A DNA stretch of 64,000 nucleotides from Tubiluchus corallicola (lineage: Eukaryota; Animalia; Priapulida): NCBI GenBank assembly GCA_030141605.1, contig JAQGDQ010000628.1, positions 60,060-124,059 on the forward strand, given 5' to 3'. The notes below the pieces were generated by a model. The model saw only the letters and a program-made list of their open reading frames with translations, was not told the origin of the DNA and ran no database searches. Positions 27,801 to 39,800 of the stretch are shown here, piece after piece. Positions within the stretch are counted from its first letter, which is position 1. Every line of letters starts with the position of its first letter. The position numbers and the translations under genes are program-made.

Positions 27801-30800
27801 TACATCCATGAACATCTTTACCTACCTGGTTACAACTGCATGAATTCTTTACATCCATGAACATCTTTACCTACCTGGTTACAACTGCATGAGATTCTTT
27901 ACATCCATGAACATCTTTACCTACCTGTTAACTCTGAGATTCACATCCATGAACATCTTTACCTACCTGGTTACAACTGCATGAATTCTTTACATCCATG
28001 AACATCTTTACCTACCTGGTTACAACTGCATGAGATTCTTTACATCCATGAACATCTTTACCTACCTGGTTACAACTGCATGAATTCTTCATCCATGAAC
28101 ATCTTTACCTACCTGGTTACAACTGCATGAGATTCTTTACATCCATGAACATCTTTACCTACCTGGTTACAACTGCTTGAGATTTTCATCCATGAACATC
28201 TTTACCTACCTGGTTAAACTGCATGAGATTCTTTACATCCATGAACATCTTTACCTACCTGGTTACAACTGCATGATTTGTTTTTTGGTTACAACTGCAT
28301 GATTTTTTGTTTTTTGGTTGATTCTTTACATCCATGAACATCTTTACCTACCTGGTTACAACTGCATGAGATTCTTTACATCCATGAACATCTTTACCTA
28401 CCTGGTTACAACTGCATGAGATTCTTTACATCCATGAACATCTTTACCTACCTGGTTACAACTGCATGAGATTCTTTACATCCATGAACATCTTTACCTA
28501 CCTGGTTACAACTGCTTGAGATTGGTCATCAATGAGAACCCTAAGCGTGTAATTTCCTCCAGGAAGGTCAAGTTTCACATGGTGCACGAGAAGTTTGGCT
28601 TCCCCGGGAACAATGTCGACTGTACTCACTGAGGAGCTTCCTAGAGATTCACTGACATGACCGTTGTAATTCAGTTCCTAGATTATTAAACATGGAAGTT
28701 ATTGGTGGTAAAAAATCATTTTATCTGTTACAAAAGGTGTGTGAAAGTCATGTTTAAAGTTGTAGATCACTCACTTTGTAGAACAAGAATAAAAAAACTA
28801 TACTACATATTTGCACAAAACTGAAAAGTGTTTATTAAACTACATACACATATGTAGAATGACTGCTGCACTGAACACTGAGAGTTAGACAGTGACTAGA
28901 AAGTAAATCCAGTCATTATATACAGGTATAGGTGACTATGCATACTTGGCTTCACAAAAACCATTACTGTAAAATAGGGAGAGATCCAGTGAATATGCAT
29001 TCACTGGACCGTACAATTATACTGGTGGTGAGTTTAGCTAGTAAAATGTAAAAGGATTAGTTCATAGATGGCAGCACCTAAAAAATGTACAATTACAACT
29101 TCCACAAGGTGCATTCCAGTCATTAGACTTTTAGTGCAAAAGACGTGTACAAAAACAAATGTACACGGTAACACACAAACAAAACATGTAATATGACAAG
29201 CACTTTATAAAGATATGCATAGAAGACGTATGCTATTCTGCAATATGGATTACAAAGTACAGAATTCAGATCAAATTTCATGATACAATAATTCAGAACG
29301 TTGTTATGAGTTGACTTCCATATTGTATATTGTCTAAAATTATTGCAATGATAATATAATATCTTTAGTAAGCATTAAATTGGGATACAGGACTTAAAAC
29401 ATTTACGTACTAAAAGGGTTAGATCTGCCCACGCAGGTGCGTTTTTGGATTTAAAAAATAATGAAGGATGGTACGATTGATAATTTTGCAGTTTTTCGAA
29501 ATAAGATATCTCTGTTAAAGGAAATGTGTAAATTTAATTATGTACATATCTATCTTTTTGTTGCGTTAGACTTGCATCTATGTTTTCCTAATGTTGTCAT
29601 TATGTTGTAGAAGTTAAATAAACTTATTTAAAGAATTGTGAAAGTCATGTTTGAAGTTGTTGATCACTCACTTTGTTATGATTGAGTTTAGGCACAGAAG
29701 TATGAACAAGAATAAAAAATCTATAATACATATTTGCACTGCACACAACAGAAAAGTGTTTATTAAAACTACAGACTCATGAGCAGCAAAACTGCTGCAC
29801 TGAACTCTGAGAGTGAGAGAGTGACTAGAAAGCAAAACCAGTCAGTATATATAGGTATAGGACTTGACCTATGCAGACTTGCACAGGCTTCACAACAAAC
29901 ATTACTTTAAAATAGGGAGAGAACCAGTGAATATGCATTCACTGGACTATACAATTATACTGAGGGTGAGTCAGCTGGTAGAATGTAACAGGATTGGCCC
30001 ATAGATGGCAGCACCTAATTACAATGTACAATTCCAACTTCCACAAGATTTAAACATGCATGCTTTTGTTAATAGTCACTGAGGCCAGGGCCTCACATTA
30101 TCTGTGTCCCAGGGGCCTACAGAATCAAAACCCGGCCCTGAGTAAATAGCAATTAGCTTGCTATTCAAATCATTCAAATTATACTGAACGAAATGGTAGC
30201 AGTACATAACAAAGTTATAAGAGAAAATATCACTTACATTGTCCACGGTATTCTGCATCAAAGTGTAAGAGAACTGCCCCGTTATCAGCTTAGTCCCACT
30301 GTTGAGCTCCACGCCTTGGCCCACCCATATAGTAGAATCCCAGGGATAAGTCACCCCTCGTCCAGAATCTCCAAGTACAGCAAGTGTTGCGTCAATTTTA
30401 ATCTGTCCCTCTTCTCCTGTGCCGCTAGTACGAGTGACTGTTCCAAGATTTAACACCATCCAGTCATACTAGAACAAACATTTTGAAAAGTTATATTATA
30501 TTATAATATATTATATTAAAGTGAGTTAAACAGCACCAAAATTTGGATATTTAGTGTTAACAGTGCAATTTTTTTCACCCCCCCCCCCGCATTGTGATGG
30601 TTTGATCCGTTGCGAAGCCATTGAATATCAGTATCGCATATCATGTATAAAACTGCAGGTATGGAATGGTCTCGTCGATTACCGTTACAGCACCTGTTCC
30701 GAAAACATAGCCAGCATGAAGTGCACAGAGCAAGTTTATTGGCGAATTTTTGCTACAAATCTCTGTCTGCGTCTTTATAAAGCTTTTCATCAATCCTGGT

Positions 30801-33800
30801 ATTGAACCTGGACCACTTGACATCCGAAACGCGATGGAACAACCGCTCAGACGCCCCTGGCGGCGCTGGTCTTGCATTGTCACAGTATATACCTGTTTTC
30901 CACTTCTCAACAAACATTTTCAACTTCTGATGTACATACATGTATCTTGAATTTCTAAAAATTCTAATGGCTACGAATTGATTATGTTCTTGAAGACAAA
31001 GCATATCAGAATGCTGTGACTGGATAGGAAAAATTCTGCATTATCCAATTTCAAACAAGTGATACTGTACATTGTTACAGTGCAAAACACTGCAGTTATT
31101 GAAAGCTTTTGAAATTTTTTCGTCCAAAATCGATTTTTATTTTATCTAAGGTAAGCAAATGAATTTCATGCGTAACTTTGCATGAAAATCTATTATGTTG
31201 CGAGTAGATGCCTGCAAAAATTATCAAATATAACATAATTGCTCCTTAGTGAGAGCAGTTTTTAATGAACGCATGCAAAATGCAGCAAACTGTTACGGTC
31301 CTGAATGAGTTAAGTGTATGCTGGAAGTGTTCACAATGAACTGCTGTTGTGAGCCAATATGTTTGGTGAGATTTTATGGCAGTGATTGAAACACTGCAGA
31401 CTACTTACATTCCACCACCAGTGCGAACTGGACTTTACATTTCAGTAATTGGGTTATGACAGGAAGTAGGCAAAAACTCAATATTTATAGCAAAGGCAAA
31501 CTATGGGCTATTGCCAAAAAGATTTCGTGAGAATGATGTTACCAATGTGGGATAGTCATCTGTCTTGGTGTAGTAGTTCCAAGTCTCCTCTCTCGGTGAT
31601 AAACTGGATCCCCAACTTGCAATCTCCACCTTACATATCTTCATGAGTGTGATATCAAATGTTGGGGTGAATATTTCTACACTCAAATCTGTAGAACCTT
31701 CCGGAAGGTCGATGGTCGTCCTGTGCTTCAACTGATGTCCCACTTTGACATCCAGATTTCCTGCCATTTTGGGGTCCGTCGGGTGAACAGCAACGTCAAA
31801 CACAGGTTCATCTGGTGCCTACAATACAGTATGAGAAGAAATTCACAACGAGCTGAAAAAAACAGCGAAAGGGCGGGATGGGGTCAAAAAGAGAAACCGT
31901 TAAACAAACACCTGGAACTGTCACAAATTTTGAGCAATCCAAAGGCAGACTAGCGGTGCCTCATACAGTCTTTGCTGCGTTGTCTCAATGCTTATTACTC
32001 GTCTGGCAAATTTTGTGAAAAAAATCTGTGACTACCAATACTGCAAAAGCAATTGACTTGACATCAACGCCAAATAAGACACTAAGACGCTGAGGCGTTA
32101 AACTCACATACTAGCACCTCCTGTTTGCACACATGATGGTGCACAAGAGGGGTTCCCAGACAGATCATGATTAATAGACTTTCAGAAAAGTCTGATTAGA
32201 CATTCACACACTTATCAGAAGACAAGGTTTTCACCACTAGGTGGCATTCACGATTGGCTGACATTCACCACCAGGTGGCATTCGACACAAAGTAAAAAGA
32301 GAATACAGAAAACAACTAGAAATGGAAATGCTTACTATGAGGTGAGCAAATTATTAGGTCAGGTAAAATTAAGTGTAAGAAAATTGACCTTCACTTGTAT
32401 TTGTATTTGTGTTTGTGCTTGTGTTTGTGTTTGAGGTGTTTGTGTTTGTGTTTGTGCTTGTGTTTGTGTTTGAGGTGTTTGTGTTTGTGTTTGTGTTTGT
32501 GTTTGAGGTGTTTGTGTTTGTGTTTGTGTTTGTGTTTGTGTTTGTGTTTGTGTTTGTGTTTGTGTTTGTGTTTGTGTTTGTGTTTGAGGTGTTTGTGTTT
32601 GTGTTTGTGTTTGTGTTTGTGTTTGTGTTTGTGGTGTTTGTGTTTGTGTTTGTGTTTGTGTTTGTGTTTGTGTTTGTGTTTGTGTTTGTGTTTGTGTTTG
32701 TGTTTGTGTTTGTGGTGTTTGTGTCTGTGTTTGTGGTGTTTGTGTTTGTGTTTGTGTTTGTGTTTGTGTTTGTGTTTGTGTTTGTGTTTGTGTTTGTATT
32801 TGTATTTGTATTTGTATTTGTATTTGTATTTGTATTTGTATTTGTATTGGTATTGGTATTGGTATTGGTATTGGTATTGGTATTGGTATTGGTATTGGTA
32901 TTGGTATTGGTATTGGTATTGGTATTGGTATTGGTATTGGTATTGGTATTGGTATTGGTATTGGTATTGGTATTGGTATTGGTATTGGTATTGGTATTTG
33001 TATTTGTATTTGTATTTGCATTTGTATTTGAGAAGTCGATTAGCAATGAAAAAGAAATTTACTGTACGATTCTTACTGACCAGAAATCCTATGACAACTT
33101 ACGCTTCGCTTCACTCGCCGATGAAGAGGATATGGACGACTAGAATCGACCTCGTCACTCAACTGTTCATTCACCAGAACTATGTCGTTTCCAGACAGGT
33201 CGCTAGATGGCATCACTTCAATATAGAGTGTCATCACGTCAGCTGAGTCACTCTGGGAGATGTTGCCCGTAGGATTTCTTACTTCAACTTCCAGGCTATT
33301 GAATATGAGTGGATAAAAATCAATGAGCAATTAATCATGACCATGATTTTCATCAATGCTGTCTTTTATTAAAATGCACCACTATCGTCATGATCATCAT
33401 CGCTGTTGTTTCTTCCATAAACTACCATAAATAGAAACTTCAGACAATTTCAATATGTAGCTTAAATTAACTTTTAACGTTTAATATGTGATTTCTCTCC
33501 GACGAATATTTAACAGATCCATCATAGCCAAACATCAGGTATTAACTGCCCACCTGCTTGCTCAGTTCAAGTTAATTTTAATAATTTTGGGCAGCTGGCG
33601 CCACAGAACGGAAGTGCTTAATTCTGATAAAATTAATAATGCCAATATCCTCTACAGTTGTCGTCGTCATTATCGTCATCAACTTCATCATCATAATCAT
33701 CATCATCACTGCCACCACCACCACCACCACCACCATCATCATCAGCAGCAGCAGCAGCATCACCATCTCCATCCCTATCACCACCATCATCAATATCATT

Positions 33801-36800
33801 GTCGTCTTCGTTTCGTCGTCGTCGTCGTCATCATCATCATCATCACCAGCAGCATAAGCAACAACAACATTGTCATTATTTCTATCGTCATTCACACTAT
33901 CAGCATGAGAGTAATAATGTCAACCATCATCATTGCTATCATCAATATCATTATCATCAGCTGTCAGCCATAATTTACTAACATGCTAAAGTTTATTTTA
34001 AGTAATTTTGATGTGAAATTAATTTCCAGTTAAGTAATTAACTTAGTAACTCATTGATTTAAATAAAAACAAAGAACAATGGTTACTAACACGTATGTAG
34101 TTTCCCCATCAAGTTGCTTTCTTAACAGAATTTCACCAGTGTCTGGATCAATCAGGAAACTTCCATCCGTGTTACCATCTGATATAAAAAAATTCAGTTT
34201 TCCACAAGGACAGTCCTGTTTATCTTTAATGCAAGTCACGTCCCTGTTAAAGGAAAATCGTTACCCAAATTATATGAGTCAGTTTACTGAAAAAGGATTA
34301 GCTTTGTGTAATGGTCTGGTGATTATGCTACTTGATTAGTGGATGACAATAAGCTTTTTTACAAGGTTGTTGTGCGCGCGCGTAGTTGCTGTAGGCCAAA
34401 GGTTAAGCGTATGACAACTACGCGTCTTAACTACAACTGTCACATGACATGTGTGTAAAGCAAAGCCGTCTGGCGCATTAGTTCAGTAGCTTCAGTTCTT
34501 TTACCCGAAGTTTACTTTATTATGCATTAGTCTGTGTGTAGAGTGATTTACTGGCAGGATCTTTCTTGGGAACAAGAAAAAATGAACTAGGTAAGGTGTT
34601 TAAACTGTTGCTATTACAACAGCATGGCCTGCAAGGCATTGTCAAGTGCACACAAATGCTTTGTCTGCTACACATGACCTTTGACCTTTTCACGATCATC
34701 ATCAATCGTTAAAACTGTGAAAAGGTTTACCTGACTGGCCTGACCGAGCAAATGGGATACCAAACATCTACAAGTCAGTTTCAGACTGTGCCAAGACACA
34801 AAGCTTACAGGCAGTCCTACGCCACAGCTTTACTACTTGTAGCTTACAGATATATAATATATATATATATATATATTAACGACATATACATATACATATG
34901 CGAGTATATAATATATATATATAGTCATACATATGCATATGCGTGTGCGTATGTCTAAGAACAACTAGAGTACATGTTCATATACCAGAGCTCAGTTATA
35001 AGTTATAAGTCGACTCATGTTTCTTGCAGCCGTTAAAGGCTAAATAATGATCTACGAGTAAACATAATTGCAATTGTAGATAACTGTTGTATTTGTGTTG
35101 ATTATTTAGTACTTAATTATATTTAAACATTTGACCAATGACTCCTGCAGTGTTTTCTGCTGAAACACACTGACATGAGAACACATGTTAGCTTATATGT
35201 TATGTTTCCTCAGAAACGGTGCAATATTTTGTTAAATTATTGGCAAAATGCTGTAACAATATTGCGCATTGCTGTGAACTGTGCATTATAATGCTAAGTG
35301 GATAAATGAATACTTGAATACTACTACCTCAAATACTGATGTCTTCTGAACAGCAGAAGAAGATTGTGATGTGGAACATGTAGTTTAATTTACTTTGAGA
35401 AATTAGCTGTTCTCCTGAGATTCGAGCTCGAATTAGTATTCAGTTTTCAATTCATTACTTTATTGTTAGTGATTATTTGTATTTTAAAACTCAGTTGCTC
35501 ATTGCTAAACTGGTATGTCTCTCAGATTGGTTATTGTTGTTTCTGCTCTTCTAATGTCTCACTGTCATGTTGTCTTGTGTTGAACTACTTTCTAATTCAT
35601 TGAACTTCTTTTTAATTCATTTCTTTTCTCTTTTTCTCTATCTCTTTCTATTATTTTATCTTAACTACCTCCTGTTTTTCTATAATTCTCTCTTTTGTAA
35701 ATTAAGTCTTTTTTTTCACTTTTCATGGTGGTCTTACAAGCTTTGCTTCTTGACCACCATGCAGCATCTATTTCTTGTTGACAAAGTATTATGTAGTTTA
35801 GTAACTATGTTAGTACACTTCTGTTAAATTTTTGTAATTATATTTGGAATTTTTCCCTAACTATATCATGCTATAGTATACTAATGTAGTTCTGTTACAA
35901 TTATTGTAACTAAATTTCATTTTCTAGTTATAGGGCATAATAGTTAAAGATAATAATGCAAATTGTAATGGATAAATACATGCTGAAGTGATAATAAATT
36001 ACAAATTACAAAAATAAATTACAAATTGTGGTTTAAATGAGGCTTCTGAGAAAGAGTGATGCAAGAACAAAATTTGTAATTATTAAAGAATTGTTAAAAC
36101 AACCAGCTAACAGGTTCGAAGCCGCCTCACATAAAGTTGTAAATGAATTTTTATGTGTATACAGCGAGAAAGGAATAGGACATCGAGGCTGCATGACAAA
36201 GTATTTGCGTGTTCCAGACATTATGCAGACCGTAGCAATTATATGGTAATAACAATGACAAATAATAATATATATGACAGGTAATATATATGACAAGTAA
36301 TAATATATGACAAAGTACCTAACGCATTATATAGTAATAATGTGTAATATTCATTTGAGAAACTATACCAGCATTCAAACGTAGCCTTTGCTACATCGTG
36401 ACGTGCATGTTAGTTGACAAAACAGGTTGCCTTTGTTCACAATCCCTAAAAAAATATGGCCCTTATGACCTGGCAACAGCCGTCTTGTCCGCCATCTTGA
36501 ATGCTGTTGCCATATTGGATAATTTTCGATAGGCTCCATATCCAAAATTAATCAACCGGGTGGGTTTTTCTCATTGTGCAACGTCACGCGTTTTTTGTGC
36601 AATGCGTTTCTGAAATGCAGGCGCTAGTGCCCGTCTAACTAGCGAATGGAAAAATTCATCTATCAGCGAAGAACTAGTATCACGAACGCGAAATTGTGTT
36701 TGTGGGGGTAATAACTCTTTTACACGTAAACCATTTTTGAAAAAAATGTGTTTCCTTTTAGTATTTTAAAGAATAGATTGTTGTTTAAGCAAACTCATCT

Positions 36801-39800
36801 GAAAAGTCAGTCAACTTCAGCCGAGCTAGCTAATTTACTGCTTAGTCAGCTGACGTAGTAGCAATTGACTCAGCTTCAGTCGAGCTAGCTAATTTACTGC
36901 TTGAGTCAGCTGACGTAGTAGCAATTGACTCAGCTTCAGTCGAGCTAGCTAATTTACTGCTTGAGTCAGCTGAAGTAGTAGCAATTGACTCAGCTTCAGT
37001 CGAGCTAGCTAATTTACTGCTTGAGTCAGCTGACGTAGTAGCAATTGACTCAGCTTCAGTCGAGCTAGCTAATTTACTGCTTGAGTCAGCTGACGTAGTA
37101 GCAATTGACTCAGCTTCAGTCGAGCTAGCTAATTTACTGCTTGAGTCAGCTGACGTAGTAGCAATTGACTCAGCTTCAGTCGTACTAGCTGATTTACTGT
37201 GTGAGTCAGCTGAAGTAGTAGCAATTGACTCAGCTTCAGTCGGGCTAGCTGATTTACTGCTTGAGTCAGCTGACGTAGTAGCAATTGACTCAGCTTCAGT
37301 CGAGCTAGCTGATTTACTGTGTGAGTCAGCTGAAGTAGTAGCCATTGACTCAGCTTCAGTCGGGCTAACTAATTTACTGCTTGAGTCAGCTGACGTAGTA
37401 GCAATTGACTCAGCTTCAGTCGAGCTAGCTAATTTACTGCTTGAGTCAGCTGACGTAGTAGCAATTGACTCAGCTTCAGTCGTACTAGCTGATTTACTGT
37501 GTGAGTCAGCTGAAGTAGTAGCAATTGACTCAGCTTCAGTCGAGCTAGCTGATTTACTGTGTGAGTCAGCTGAAGTAGTAGCCATTGACTCAGCTTCAGT
37601 CGGGCTAGCTGATTTACTGTGTGAGTCAGCTGAAGTAGTAGCAATTGACTCATATTCAGGCTCTTAGCATATTAACTATCTACTTCATACCTGTCCAAGT
37701 CTGTAGCAGTCACAGTGTAGATTCTAGATCCTATAGAGAGAGATGATTCAATGGTGATTTCCACTTGTCGACGATTAAACCATGGTGTGAATTTGTTTTC
37801 TGAAGAAGAAAATTTCAGTAAGATTTTAGACAAATCTGTGCAGATTCGCAAGTACCAAATGTTAGTTACTTACCAGCTACTTATAGCTGCTATGCAATGC
37901 TGATACAATGGCTTCGTAGTGGATCGAACCATCACAGTGTACGTGGTGGGGGTGAAAATAAATAGCACTTCGCCGTCGTAACAATATTTTATAATGGCAC
38001 AATAGACTACCTAGACACCAAATTTTGAGGGGCACCAGACGTTAGAGTTGGAGGCAGTATTAAAAAATGCTTTTCTCTTTTGAAAATGCGTATCCGTTCG
38101 TAGCACTTCCAAAATGCACGTATCTTATAACACAGGACAAACAGTTAGTGAGCTCGCTTTTATATAAGCCCCATAATTTATAACAAACGTAATGTTTACT
38201 TTTCAGGTACTTCACCACAAGCAGTTGCGCAGCCTTGTTAGATATAAGACAAATGAGTCAACGCCAATACAAAAGGCAACTGACCAAAAGTATAATATTA
38301 ACACAAGCCAGTTGAAATGTGCTTCTGTCAACAAGTATTTTAAAATGGTTAAATTCATTTTACTAATTTTTAAGTATAATTAAAAACATGTAGATCAATT
38401 CATTTTACTAATTTTCAAGTATGTTTTGAAATCTAGTTAAAAACATGTAGATCAATTCATTTTACTAATTTTTAAGTATGTTTTGAAATCTAGTTAGAAA
38501 CATGTAGATCAATTCATTTTACTAATTTTTAAGTATGTTTTGAAATCTAGTTAGGAACATGTAGATAAATTCATTTTACTAATTTCTAAGTATGTTTTGA
38601 AATCTAGTTAAAAACATGTAGATCAATTCATTTTACTAATTTTTAAGTATGTTTTGAAATCTAGTTAGGAACATGTAGATCAATTCATTTTACTAATTTT
38701 CAAGTATGTTTTGAAATCTAGTTAAAAACATGTAGATCAATTCATTTTACTAATTTTTAAGTATGTTTTGAAATCTAGTTAGAAACATGTAGATCAATTC
38801 ATTTTACTAATTTTTAAGTATGTTTTGAAATCTAGTTAAGAACATGTAGATCAATTCATTTTACTAATTTTTAAGTATGTTTTGAAATCTAGTTAGAAAC
38901 ATGTAGATCAATTCATTTTACTAATTTCTAAGTATGTTTTGAAAATAAAAACATGTAGATCAATTCATTTTACTAATTTTTAAGTATGTTTTGAAATCTA
39001 GTTAAGAACATGTAGATCAATTCATTTTACTAATTTCTAAGTATGTTTTGAAATCTAATTAAAACATGTAAATCAATTCATTTGACTGATTTCTAAGTAT
39101 TTTTTGAAAATAAAAACATGTAGATCAATTCATTTTACTAATTTTTAAGTATGTTTTGAAATCTAGTTAAGAACATGTAAATCAATTCATTTTACTAATT
39201 TTTACGCATTTTTTGAAAATAAAAACATGTAGACTTACCAAACAGATTGCAGGATAAGCCCTTCCAACATGGTTTACACTCGCATTCTCCATCGTCACAT
39301 TTCCCATTGAGACAGTCTACAGTACTGAAAGGGTTAAAGGGTATCGTAAAATTTTAAAGCACAATAATAACATATGAATTAATTACAACAACAAATCTTA
39401 GGTAAATATAGTAATATATAATTTTATTAGTACCTTCATTAGGTCAAAAATTCAATAATTCAGTTGCTAATTACGGCGGACATTTTGTAAGATGGCCGCC
39501 ATGACTCGTGCTATGTAGTGCATTCAAATTGAAACGTTCTTAAAGTTTGAATTTTCCAATCTCAGTTGCAGCAAATTTGGTGGCATTTCTTGCAGACATT
39601 GAGCATAATTTCAAAACCAATATTCGCCATCTTGCAAAATGGCTGCTGCAGTTGTTAAAGATCTGTCATAAGGCGGTTCCAATTATATATATTTGCTTGT
39701 AGGCCCAATGACTACACAAAACATGTATTGTAACAATGACTGTTAAAATGACCATTTACAATAATACCAAAGTCAAATTGAATCAGGAACAATTCTTAAT

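Noticed and set aside
27740-28320. Apparent divergent sub-family within the 50-bp array
   Set aside because: Scattered 1-3 nt deletions and T-rich junk look like consensus or assembly error; cannot be interpreted without reads.
32359-33246. Long TQ/NT/CL/VF dipeptide ORFs
   Set aside because: Hexanucleotide microsatellite; only 33103-33295 (-) is a real exon.
36842-37585. Stand-alone mucin-like gene
   Set aside because: No signal peptide or unique flanking coding sequence; it would interrupt the cadherin domain, and read-through from exon 4 stops first.
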